Virus record (IMG/VR): IMGVR_UViG_3300009124_000018
Coordinates: 1 to 53,862 of that record
Strand: one strand, 5' to 3'
From: a virus
Lineage: Duplodnaviria > Caudoviricetes
Length of the DNA: 53,862 nucleotides
Shown here: positions 16,713 to 26,212 of the stretch, piece after piece
Numbering within the stretch: the stretch's first letter is position 1
Layout of the letters: every line of letters begins with the position of its first letter
Made by a program: the position numbers and the translations under genes
Notes under the pieces: model-generated
Databases searched by the model: none
What the model was told of the DNA's origin: nothing
What the model saw: the letters and a program-made list of their open reading frames with translations, nothing else

Positions 16713-19700
16713 ATGCCCCAGTCAACTAATCTGAACACTCCTCCATATTATGAGGATTTTGACGTAAACGACAATTTCCATAAGGTATTGTTTCGTCCAG
16801 GATTTCCCCTGCAGGCGAGAGAACTAACAACACTTCAATCTATCCTTCAGGATCAGGTTGAGAAGTTTGGGTCTAGCATTTATAAGGATGGCGCTATGGT
16901 CATCCCTGGTCAGATTGGTTATGACTTAGCATACAATGCTATCTTAGTTGAAGATGAATATTTTGGAATTGACTCTGGATTGCTTGTAGCAAATCAAGTT
17001 AATAATGTTCCTGTTATTGTAGGGAAGGTAATCAAGGGAAATACCTCTGGAGTTAGAGCACGTGTAGTAAATGCCATCTCCAGCGAAGCATCAGAAAAGG
17101 GTAAGACCACCCTCTACATCAAATATATTAATTCTGGATCTACTGATGAAACTACAGAAACTCAATACACCACTTTCTTAGATGATGAGATTTTAATTAC
17201 TGAGCAAGCATTTTCTGTTGGAACTACAGTAATTCAAGCAAATACTGATTTTGCCAAGTGTATTACATCACAGTCAACTCATGTTGGTTCTGCTGCTAAG
17301 ATTACAACAGGTATCTATTTTGTCAAGGGTTATTTTGTAACTGTTAAAGAGCAAGAGATTATTCTTGATCAATTTGGAACATATCCATCATATAAAGTAG
17401 GTCTTCAAGTACTAGAAGAGATTGTAACTCCAGAGGATGATCCTACACTTAACGATCAAGCACAGGGATATTCTAACTATTCTGCACCTGGAGCACACAG
17501 ATTAAAGTTACAAGCAGTATTAGTCAAGAAGAGTTTAGACGATACTACTGCTACTGATTTTATTGAGCTGCTTAAAATTGAAGATGGCGTTGTCAAGGAA
17601 ATCGTCAGCACATCTAAAGCACAGATTGCAAAGACCTTAGAAGATACTCTTGCAAGAAGAACTTATGATGAATCTGGAGATTATGAAGTAAATCCATACA
17701 GATTTTCCTTTGCTGAGTGCGTAGATAATGGTATCAATAATGGTGTCTTTAAATTAGGTGAAAAAACTAATCAAGACAATATTGCAACTAACAATTTATT
17801 TGAAGTTGTAGTGTCTCCTGGTAAAGCATATGTAAGAGGATATGAAATTGAAACTATTTCAAACACATATGTAGATATTGAAAAACCAAGAACATCAGAA
17901 TCTATACAGAACAAAACTATTAGTACTAATGGTGCAGGAGTTGCATTTAGATTAGCAGGTACGACTAGAATTAGTCAAACTGATTTAAATAGTGAACTCA
18001 CTGGTGATAGAATTGTCACTTTAAAAAATAGCTCGTCAACTACAATTGGATATGCTATTTTTAAATCATACACTGAAGGATCAACTTATAATCTGGTAAG
18101 ATTAGCAAATATTTCCTTTACTGGCACTAATACTCTAAGTAATATAGCAAAAATTACTGTTGGATCTAGTAACTACGATCTAGTCACTAGTGCTAGTAAA
18201 TATGTTGGTTCTGCTAAGGATCATTTCTTTAGAGTATATGGAAATGCTGAAATTAAAAACATTTCAGATCTTAAAGTACAGCAAGTTTTAACTTATGCTG
18301 CTGGAACTACTTCTGGCAACAGCATTACTATCTCAAATAGAGAGTATTTCTCGACAACTTCTGGTGATTATACTGTAAGATTAGCTGGAGAAAATTCTTC
18401 AGATCTTACCTTTACTGTTACTGGAGATCCAACTACAGGTACTCTTAGTGGAACTGTAAGTGGTAGAAGTGGATCTGGCGATGCAGCATTTATTTTGATT
18501 GGTCCTGAAAAAATTAGTGTTCCCACATTAACACTTTCCTCACATCAAAAAATGAGGATTGTTAAACTTGTAGATATTACAAACAAGTATGACGTAAATG
18601 ACACATTGTTACCTCTTGGAGTAACAAGAGTAGACAAGGTTCATGCGATTTATACTGGTGATACTATCGGTGCAGTTATTCCACAGATTACTTTAGTAGG
18701 TGCTACTGGAACTTTTGAGATTGGTGAAATTATTGAGGGTACAAAGAGTGGTGCAAAAGCAAGAATTATTAGACAAAATAGCAATACAGTAAATTTTGTT
18801 TATATTAGCACGATCACTTTCCTGGACAATGAAGAAATTAAAGGATTAACCTCAGGAACATCTAGAAATATTAGTACTGTAGATAATAATGGTGGAGTTA
18901 ATATTAAATCTAGATATAGATTAAATGATGGTCAAACTAATCATACTTTTGAGTATTCATCTTTAGAGAAAGTATCAAGTGAAAGTGCTCTGAGTGGTAC
19001 GGTATGGGTAGTATTTGATTATTTTGAAGATGTTGTTGATGGTCAGTTCTATACTATTAACTCTTATTATGACACCACTTATGATGAGATCCCTTATTAT
19101 GATACAAATGAATCCAGAGTATATTTAAGTAATGTTCTTGACTGGAGAATCAATCAGAGTAATGCAGTTACTGGAAATGGAGATTATTCAGATCCATTCT
19201 TGATTGATGCTACCCAAATTGCATCTAGTACTACATTATTGACTTATACTAATGCAAACTATAAGTTCAATCAATATTTACTGCCAACAGGATCAACTGA
19301 TGGTGATATTGAATACTATCTTGGAAGAATTGATGATCTATATCTTGATAAGAATGGAAACTTTATTAATAAAAAAGGAATTCCATCTTTACTTGCATCA
19401 AAACCAGATGAATCTTTAGCAAATGCAATGAAAGTTGGCACCATTACGATGCCACCATATGTTAGAGATTTAAATAAGGTTAATTTTGAAAGAGCAACTA
19501 ATAAGAGATACACAATGAGAGACATTGGTCTCTTAGAGAAAAGAATTACAAATATTGAATATTATACTCAATTGAGTTTACTTGAATCTGATACTGCTAA
19601 TCTTCTTATTACTGATTCTAATGGAAATACTAGATTAAAGAATGGATTCTTAGTAGATAATTTTACCAGTCATTCAATCGGAGAACCAAGTCATCCAAAC

Positions 19701-22700
19701 TATAAGTGCTCTATCAGTGCTACTTATGGAGAACTAAGACCCCAACACTATACAACAAACAGCACCTTAAGTTATAAGACCACCCCATCAAATTATATCA
19801 AGGGTGACTTGATCATGCTTGATTATACTGATCAGTTAATCATTGAACAACCATATGCAGCGGTTTCAGAAAACGTAAACCCATTTGCTGTTGTATCTTG
19901 GGTTGGTTTGATGCAGATCTTCCCAGCATCTGATGATTGGATTGATGAAAATAGATTACCAGATACTGTCACAGAAGTTGAAGGTGACTATACAGCAACT
20001 CTGTATGCACTGGACGTAGATCCTAACACTGGATTTGCTCCAACTGAATGGGGTGCATGGGAAACTCAATGGACTGGTAGTAGAACTTCATCTTCTACTC
20101 AGAATTTGAGAAGAGATCAGCATCCTTATGTAAGACAGATTACTACTACAACAACTACTACAACAACTGCTCAAACTAGAAGTGGTGTAAGATCTAGTGT
20201 CACTCCTACTTATGATACTGTTGTACTCGGTGACAGAGTAGTTGATACTAAGTATGCAAGATGGAAGAGATCTAGAAATATTGCTTCTACAGCATTTAGA
20301 TTAAAACCAAATGTAAGAGTTTATCCATTCTTAGAGGGTAAATCAGTAGAAGCATACACTACTCCAAAGATCATTGGTATTCAAATGACTTCTGGAAGTG
20401 GTGCATTCCAAGCAGGTGAAGATATTGTACTTTCTGGTACTATTAGTGGTAGAAAGTTCAGAGCAACTCTTAGCGCACCAAAAGCAGGAATTGCTAGATT
20501 AGATAAACCATATGAAGTTGATCCATATACTGGAAATGCTATTACTGCAACTGCATACACAGCATCATCTACATTCTTGAATATTAATATTGAATCCATG
20601 AATGAACTGGATGGATCTCCTTATGGTGGATACTTACTGGAAGGTGATAAAATCTTAGGTCTTACTAGTGGTGCTACTGCAACTGTAACTAAAAAGCGTT
20701 TAATTGCCGATGAAAAGGGCAACCTTCGCGTCAGTGTTTATATTCCAGATCCAAATGTCGAAGGCAATCCTAGATGGGCTGTCGGTGACTCAGTTCTCAA
20801 ACTGACTGATAGTAAGGAAAACTCAGTAATTCCAGGTGTTGTAGATAGTTCTGCTGAAGGAGTTTACAGTGCAAGAGGAACTATCTTGTCTAAGCAGACA
20901 GATACTCTTCTGGTTAGAAATGCTGAGATTACTCAAGATACTGTAACTGACAACAGAATCGTAACATCAAGTAGTTCAAGTACAAGAGATAGTGGTTGGT
21001 ATGACCCATTAGCACAATCATTCTTAATTGAGAATGCAGGTGGTTGTTTTATTAGCAAAATTGATGTGTACTTCAGAACCAAGGATGATAATCTGCCCGT
21101 CACCATGCAGATTAGAGAGATGGTAAATGGATATCCATCTCCTACAGTTCTTGCTACCATCAATAAGGATCCATCTGATGTATCTACTTCTGATGATGCT
21201 AGTGTATCTACCACATTTGTATTCACAACCCCAGTATATTTGGCAGAAAGAAAAGAGTATTGCTTTGTTCTTTTAACCGCATCAGTTGAGTACAATGTAT
21301 GGTTGTCTGAAATGGGCAAAGATGATTTGAGTGGCGAGAGAATCTCTAAGCAACCATACGCAGGCGTATTGTTTAAATCTCAAAACGCATCTACTTGGAC
21401 TACTGCTGAATATCAAGATATGAAGTTCAAGATTTACAGATGTAAGTTTAAGATCAATGAAAAACCACAAATTGATTTTGTAAATGACAATTCTGGTAAT
21501 CTGTTCTTCAAGAAACTCAGACCTGATCCTATTGAATTAACTATTAACTATACTAATACAAGTACAGGTAATGGATATATGAAGGTTCATCATGCAAACC
21601 ACAACATGTATGATAATGCTTCATTTGTTGAAATTAAAGGAGTCAGCACAGAAATTTATGCTGATCTGTATTCTAACTGGAATGGTCAAGTAGGTGCAGG
21701 TGGAACAACTGGAGGCATTCCAAATAATGCTATTAGATTGAAAGGTAACAGAGATCTTTTCCACGAAGATTCTAATGAACTTGCTTATGATCAAACAGTA
21801 TCTCCTACAAGAAATGGTATTCTCGGTGCAGCACCATCTGCAAGTAATCCAGGTTACTTAAAGATTGGAGATTATATCTACTCCTATGATCCATCTGCTG
21901 TAAGTGCCGTTGACGGTACTACTGGAATGTATTATATTCAGTTAATTGAAAAAATTAGCACCGAATCAGTTCCATCAGGTGGATTTAAATCTGCTGATAA
22001 GTGGAAAGTAGAATTATATGTCAAGAATGGTATTCCTCTGACTAAGATTAATACTACTCACTCATCTCTGAAGTATATTACTTTAGACAGTTATCAAATT
22101 AACCTTGGAACTCTTAGAAGAAACATTGATGATTTAAATACCACCTTTGGTGGTGAGAATGCTACTGCAAGTACTAATCTTCAGTACAATTATATTGAAC
22201 CTATGGTTTCTTATAAAGAACTTCCAGGAACTGAACTTACTGCTGAAATTAAAACAACTTCTGCTACTTCCCTTGGTGATTCTTCCCACTCAGATCCAAC
22301 CACAAGTGTTTCATTGGCAACTTCAAACAGGTCATACCTGAAAGATGGAAGTTATCGTGAAGTTAATTTGAATGCTACTAATTGGTTTACCTCACCAAAA
22401 CTGATTGCATCTAGCATCAACGAAGATCGTCAGATGTCTGAAGCAAAATCATTTGAACTTAGATTTACTCTGTCAAGTACTGCGGATAACTTAAGTCCTG
22501 TCATTGATACTGACAGAATTAGCGTAATTACCACTGCCAATAGAATTTGTGATTTTGATGGTACTTTTGATAATGAGTATTTCTTTAATGATACTGGTAC
22601 TTACAATATCGGTCAAAGTGCTAAGTATGATTTTAATGCTGCTAACTACATCACCAAATACATTACACTTGCGAACGAATGTACTTCACTGAAGATTTTA

Positions 22701-22976
22701 ACTACTGCATTCAATAGTGCTAATACTGATATTGATGTTTACATCAAACTCTTAACTGGTGATGAATCTAATCCAAATGTTATTGCTTGGGAAGAGTTGA
22801 CCGCAAATGATTATTCAGGCACTAAGAGTGAAGAGGATTATAAGGAGTATTCATATACTAAAGAATTGACTGGAGATGATACCTTCACTAAATATGCAGT
22901 GAAGGTTAGATTGAGATCTAGAAACACTTCAGAAACTCCAGTATTACAAGATTTAAGATGCATAGCTCTAGCATGA
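16713..22976 (+). CDS. Large virion structural protein, DUF4815/VrlC-like, 2087 aa
   Basis: NLN..PYY.DFD...FHKVLFRPG.P.QARELT.LQSILQ.Q, APGAHR, LARRTYDESGDY, KRYTMRDIG.LE.RI...EYYT.LSLLE, DPLAQSF and GVLFKSQN.STW motifs. Confidence 0.88.
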   Translation: MPQSTNLNTPPYYEDFDVNDNFHKVLFRPGFPLQARELTTLQSILQDQVEKFGSSIYKDGAMVIPGQIGYDLAYNAILVEDEYFGIDSGLLVANQVNNVPVIVGKVIKGNTSGVRARVVNAISSEASEKGKTTLYIKYINSGSTDETTETQYTTFLDDEILITEQAFSVGTTVIQANTDFAKCITSQSTHVGSAAKITTGIYFVKGYFVTVKEQEIILDQFGTYPSYKVGLQVLEEIVTPEDDPTLNDQAQGYSNYSAPGAHRLKLQAVLVKKSLDDTTATDFIELLKIEDGVVKEIVSTSKAQIAKTLEDTLARRTYDESGDYEVNPYRFSFAECVDNGINNGVFKLGEKTNQDNIATNNLFEVVVSPGKAYVRGYEIETISNTYVDIEKPRTSESIQNKTISTNGAGVAFRLAGTTRISQTDLNSELTGDRIVTLKNSSSTTIGYAIFKSYTEGSTYNLVRLANISFTGTNTLSNIAKITVGSSNYDLVTSASKYVGSAKDHFFRVYGNAEIKNISDLKVQQVLTYAAGTTSGNSITISNREYFSTTSGDYTVRLAGENSSDLTFTVTGDPTTGTLSGTVSGRSGSGDAAFILIGPEKISVPTLTLSSHQKMRIVKLVDITNKYDVNDTLLPLGVTRVDKVHAIYTGDTIGAVIPQITLVGATGTFEIGEIIEGTKSGAKARIIRQNSNTVNFVYISTITFLDNEEIKGLTSGTSRNISTVDNNGGVNIKSRYRLNDGQTNHTFEYSSLEKVSSESALSGTVWVVFDYFEDVVDGQFYTINSYYDTTYDEIPYYDTNESRVYLSNVLDWRINQSNAVTGNGDYSDPFLIDATQIASSTTLLTYTNANYKFNQYLLPTGSTDGDIEYYLGRIDDLYLDKNGNFINKKGIPSLLASKPDESLANAMKVGTITMPPYVRDLNKVNFERATNKRYTMRDIGLLEKRITNIEYYTQLSLLESDTANLLITDSNGNTRLKNGFLVDNFTSHSIGEPSHPNYKCSISATYGELRPQHYTTNSTLSYKTTPSNYIKGDLIMLDYTDQLIIEQPYAAVSENVNPFAVVSWVGLMQIFPASDDWIDENRLPDTVTEVEGDYTATLYALDVDPNTGFAPTEWGAWETQWTGSRTSSSTQNLRRDQHPYVRQITTTTTTTTTAQTRSGVRSSVTPTYDTVVLGDRVVDTKYARWKRSRNIASTAFRLKPNVRVYPFLEGKSVEAYTTPKIIGIQMTSGSGAFQAGEDIVLSGTISGRKFRATLSAPKAGIARLDKPYEVDPYTGNAITATAYTASSTFLNINIESMNELDGSPYGGYLLEGDKILGLTSGATATVTKKRLIADEKGNLRVSVYIPDPNVEGNPRWAVGDSVLKLTDSKENSVIPGVVDSSAEGVYSARGTILSKQTDTLLVRNAEITQDTVTDNRIVTSSSSSTRDSGWYDPLAQSFLIENAGGCFISKIDVYFRTKDDNLPVTMQIREMVNGYPSPTVLATINKDPSDVSTSDDASVSTTFVFTTPVYLAERKEYCFVLLTASVEYNVWLSEMGKDDLSGERISKQPYAGVLFKSQNASTWTTAEYQDMKFKIYRCKFKINEKPQIDFVNDNSGNLFFKKLRPDPIELTINYTNTSTGNGYMKVHHANHNMYDNASFVEIKGVSTEIYADLYSNWNGQVGAGGTTGGIPNNAIRLKGNRDLFHEDSNELAYDQTVSPTRNGILGAAPSASNPGYLKIGDYIYSYDPSAVSAVDGTTGMYYIQLIEKISTESVPSGGFKSADKWKVELYVKNGIPLTKINTTHSSLKYITLDSYQINLGTLRRNIDDLNTTFGGENATASTNLQYNYIEPMVSYKELPGTELTAEIKTTSATSLGDSSHSDPTTSVSLATSNRSYLKDGSYREVNLNATNWFTSPKLIASSINEDRQMSEAKSFELRFTLSSTADNLSPVIDTDRISVITTANRICDFDGTFDNEYFFNDTGTYNIGQSAKYDFNAANYITKYITLANECTSLKILTTAFNSANTDIDVYIKLLTGDESNPNVIAWEELTANDYSGTKSEEDYKEYSYTKELTGDDTFTKYAVKVRLRSRNTSETPVLQDLRCIALA

Positions 22977-23197
22977 TTCCTGTAGAGGGTCACAAAGATT
23001 TAGTTCGTGACCCTGTAACAGGTGCTATTATTAATACAAATAAATCAGATTTCCAAAAATACGTCGAGCAGAGAAATTTAGAATCCCAACAAAGGAAACA
23101 AATTCAAACTACTGCAGATGAAGTCAAAGATTTAAAGAAGGAAATCTCAGAGATCAAAGAACTACTACTTAAATTAACTAGTAGTATAAATACTTGA
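22973..23197 (+). CDS. Small coiled-coil protein, 74 aa (MIPVEGHKDLVRDPVTGAIIN...)
   Basis: ATG22973 overlaps the upstream stop. VEG..L.RD..TGAIIN motif followed by a heptad-rich C-terminus. Confidence 0.8.
   Translation: MIPVEGHKDLVRDPVTGAIINTNKSDFQKYVEQRNLESQQRKQIQTTADEVKDLKKEISEIKELLLKLTSSINT
23185..23192 (+). promoter_or_regulatory. T4-type late promoter TATAAATA
   Basis: Exact consensus upstream of ATG23216. Confidence 0.8.
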
Positions 23198-23215
23198 TGA
23201 AGTAGGAACACAGTA

Positions 23216-23554
23216 ATGTTATCTGCGGTAACAAATCTTGTAGTATATCAAGGCGCTGACTTTGAGACCACTTTTTATGTGACAAAAGATAATGGTTCAA
23301 GTTTTGATTTGACTAACTATACAGGTGCTTCTAAAATTAAAAAGCACTATGAAAGTAGCACCTCGACAGATATGACAGTTGAAATCACTCCTCCTGCTGC
23401 TGTAGGGGCAGTGAAATTGAGTTTATCCAATGCTGTTACTTCTGCCATGACACCTGGTAAATACGTTTATGATGTAGTTCTCACTGCTCCAGATGACATT
23501 AAATCTAGAGTCCTTGAGGGCGTGTTAACAGTAGTAGAAGGAGTAACTATCTAA
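23216..23554 (+). CDS. Fibre-attachment/baseplate adaptor-like protein (BppU-N-like), 112 aa
   Basis: NL...QGADF...F...FDLT.Y...G.V.LSL....T..M.PG.YVYDV......RV.EG...V..GVT pattern. Confidence 0.7.
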   Translation: MLSAVTNLVVYQGADFETTFYVTKDNGSSFDLTNYTGASKIKKHYESSTSTDMTVEITPPAAVGAVKLSLSNAVTSAMTPGKYVYDVVLTAPDDIKSRVLEGVLTVVEGVTI

Positions 23555-23555
23555 A

Positions 23556-23765
23556 ATGGCTAGAATTAGATTTGGGGATCAAAATTTTCCCCAGGTTTCT
23601 AGAGTTGCTGTTGGTGGTGCTGCGACGTTGCAAAATCTCGCAGATATTGATACTCAGACAAATGGACTTGATGATGGATACTTATTAATTTATGATTCAG
23701 CATCTCAAAAGTTCCAAACAGGAAATGTATTAAACAACGTAACAGTTAACGGAGGATCATTCTGA
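23556..23765 (+). CDS. Small fibre-associated protein, 69 aa
   Basis: LQNLADID...DGYLLIYD...KF...VNGGSF fibre-type repeat; TGATG coupling to the next gene. Confidence 0.75.
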   Translation: MARIRFGDQNFPQVSRVAVGGAATLQNLADIDTQTNGLDDGYLLIYDSASQKFQTGNVLNNVTVNGGSF

Positions 23766-25993
23766 TGGCATCAACCATCCTAATTAAAAGAAGTACGGGT
23801 ACGACAGTACCTGCTTCGCTAGAGTTCGGTGAACTTGCAGTAACGGTTGGTGCTGGTACTCAGGTTAACCGTGGCGATAGAGTTTTTGTTGGTGATAATA
23901 ATACCACTGTTCAGGTTATTGGTGGTAAGTATTTCACCGATATGCTGGATCACGTACATGGTACGCTGACAGCAGATTCAGGAGTTATTACAGATAGTAA
24001 CTCAAAGGTAGATAGATTTAGAGTTGATGATGTTAATATTGATGCTAACGTAGTTGAAACTGATACTACTGATACTGATTTAATCTTCAGAGCAAACGGT
24101 ACAGGTAAGCTTGTAGTAGAAGACAGTCAAGAACTGGAGTTCGGTACTACTGGAGATATTGAATTTAGATTTGATGAAGTAGCAAACGTTCTTAGGTTAG
24201 ATCGTGTTGGTGTAAACACTCCTGAGTTTCGTTTAGATGACGATCTCAAAATTCAGTTTGGTACTGACGGAGATGGTGGCATTCGTTATGACGAATTAAA
24301 CACCGATACTGTTAGAGTAGATGGTGCTGATTGGACCTTTGATAATGGAGTTGCACTTCAATTTAATGATACTACTAATGCAACCAGTGATACTACTGGT
24401 GCAGTAAAGATTGCGGGTGGTCTTGGGGTTGCCTCCACTGCATGGATCGACAACATGGTTGTTGATAATGATGTAACTCTTGGTACTGATGCAACAGATA
24501 TTTTAACTGTTGAATCAACAACAACATTCAACGCCGATGTTACTGTTGTTGGAACCCAAACTGTAACAGGTACTACTACTCAAACTGGTCAGTTTAACCT
24601 TGATAATATTCGTTTAGATGGAAATACAATTTCCACAAACGCTGGTAGTCAGTTAATTCTTGACCCAGACCCAAGAAGTGGTGATGCTGCTGGTGATCTG
24701 ATCATTCGTGGTAACCTTCAAGTCGCTGGTACAACCACAACTGTTAACTCAACTGAGATGACAGTCAATGATCCTGTATTCAACATTGGCGATACAACTT
24801 CAGAAAAAGCATTGACTGCAGATGCTCTGGCATCATCAACTACAATCAATGTAGATAATCCTAGTGGAATTGCTACTGGTGGTTTGGTCACTGGTGACTT
24901 TGTAGGATCTGGTGGAAGAAATATCACTTCAATTGAAGTAGTATTCCATACTGCTTCTGGATTTAGCAGTGCTCCTTCTATTGGGGATCCAGTTTACCAT
25001 TATGATGGTGGTGTATATCAGCAGATTGGTACATTCCAAACACAAACTGCATCTACTGTAAGAATCACTTTACTTTCTGCTCTTTCTTTAAGAGAAAGTG
25101 CTTTCTATGAAGGTGGTCAACTTACAGATGGTAATACTGGAACGCCACAAGCAGTTGATCTCGTAAAAGATGCAACAAATCAAACTGTATTTGAAACCAC
25201 TACATTAAATCTTAGTGGTGGTCTTTCTAGTGCTGGTTCCACAGGAGATTATGTTAGTGTAACCCAGGGATCCAATGATGGAATGGATCGTGGTATTCAA
25301 TATTCATACCACAACGGTTCTACCATCAAACAAGGTTTCTTTGGTTTTGATAGAACTGCTGGTGAAGATGGTTTAGGGGCATTCACCTTTATTGAGGATG
25401 CTACTAATACTAATAACATCTTCACTCATACTTTTGGTGCTGTACAATCTGTTAAGATTGAACAGGGTGATCTTGATTATGAAGTATCAACTACTCTTGT
25501 AGGTGCAGCAAATCAAATATATACCAATCTCAACCCAACTGGTGGGCAAGGTTCTGGTCTTGAAGTTACTGTTGCTAGAGATGCAGCAGGTGCTATCTTA
25601 ATTGGTAATATTACCATTACTGGCAATGGAACCTACTATCAAGAAGGTGACCTGCTAACCATTACTGGCAATTTGATTGGGGGTGTTGCTGGTGTAGATG
25701 ATCTCCAGTTAAGAGTAACTGCTATCACAGTTTCGAGAGGCACAGTTTTACTGGGCGATCTTGAACTTGATGTTGATCTTGCTGTTAAGCATGGTGGTAC
25801 TGGAAGATCTGAGTTTAATAGCAAAGGTATTCTTTATGGTAATGGCGCTGGCGAACTCTTAGAGACCGCTGCTGCAAATATGGCAAACCCAGGCGTTGGT
25901 CCTGACGTTGCCACATCATTCCAGATCCTGACAGTAACTGCTGCTGGGGTCCCCGTCTGGACTGATACTGTTGATGGGGGAACATTCACCTGA
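23765..25993 (+). CDS. Tail-fibre-like structural protein, 742 aa
   Basis: N-terminal I.IKRS.G...P..L..GELA motif, GNLQVAGTTTTVNST...V.DP fibre motif, L.V..GGTG, and C-terminal DGG.F. Confidence 0.85.
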   Translation: MASTILIKRSTGTTVPASLEFGELAVTVGAGTQVNRGDRVFVGDNNTTVQVIGGKYFTDMLDHVHGTLTADSGVITDSNSKVDRFRVDDVNIDANVVETDTTDTDLIFRANGTGKLVVEDSQELEFGTTGDIEFRFDEVANVLRLDRVGVNTPEFRLDDDLKIQFGTDGDGGIRYDELNTDTVRVDGADWTFDNGVALQFNDTTNATSDTTGAVKIAGGLGVASTAWIDNMVVDNDVTLGTDATDILTVESTTTFNADVTVVGTQTVTGTTTQTGQFNLDNIRLDGNTISTNAGSQLILDPDPRSGDAAGDLIIRGNLQVAGTTTTVNSTEMTVNDPVFNIGDTTSEKALTADALASSTTINVDNPSGIATGGLVTGDFVGSGGRNITSIEVVFHTASGFSSAPSIGDPVYHYDGGVYQQIGTFQTQTASTVRITLLSALSLRESAFYEGGQLTDGNTGTPQAVDLVKDATNQTVFETTTLNLSGGLSSAGSTGDYVSVTQGSNDGMDRGIQYSYHNGSTIKQGFFGFDRTAGEDGLGAFTFIEDATNTNNIFTHTFGAVQSVKIEQGDLDYEVSTTLVGAANQIYTNLNPTGGQGSGLEVTVARDAAGAILIGNITITGNGTYYQEGDLLTITGNLIGGVAGVDDLQLRVTAITVSRGTVLLGDLELDVDLAVKHGGTGRSEFNSKGILYGNGAGELLETAAANMANPGVGPDVATSFQILTVTAAGVPVWTDTVDGGTFT

Positions 25994-26002
25994 GGTTAAA
26001 AA

Positions 26003-26212
26003 ATGAACAATGAATTAGATGTAAATGTCCTTATTGCTACCTTACAAAAAAAGGTAACTGACTTGACTCTTACAAATATTGTATTAGAGGCGAGAAATAA
26101 AGATTTATCAAATCGGTTAAATAGTATTATAGAAACAGAGAATGCTATAAATGGCAAGCAGAATCAAGTTAAAGAGATCCCTAACTCCGAACTCAGCTCC
26201 GACGACTTCTGA
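26003..26212 (+). CDS. Small coiled-coil protein, 69 aa
   Basis: GAGG SD upstream and heptad pattern LIATLQKKVTDLTLTNIVLEAR. Its 3' end overlaps the next gene by 62 nt. Confidence 0.7.
   Translation: MNNELDVNVLIATLQKKVTDLTLTNIVLEARNKDLSNRLNSIIETENAINGKQNQVKEIPNSELSSDDF

Noticed and set aside
20138-20172. ACT/ACA triplet run as a contingency microsatellite
   Set aside because: Mixed synonymous codons encode a poly-Thr linker; it is not a pure slippage tract.
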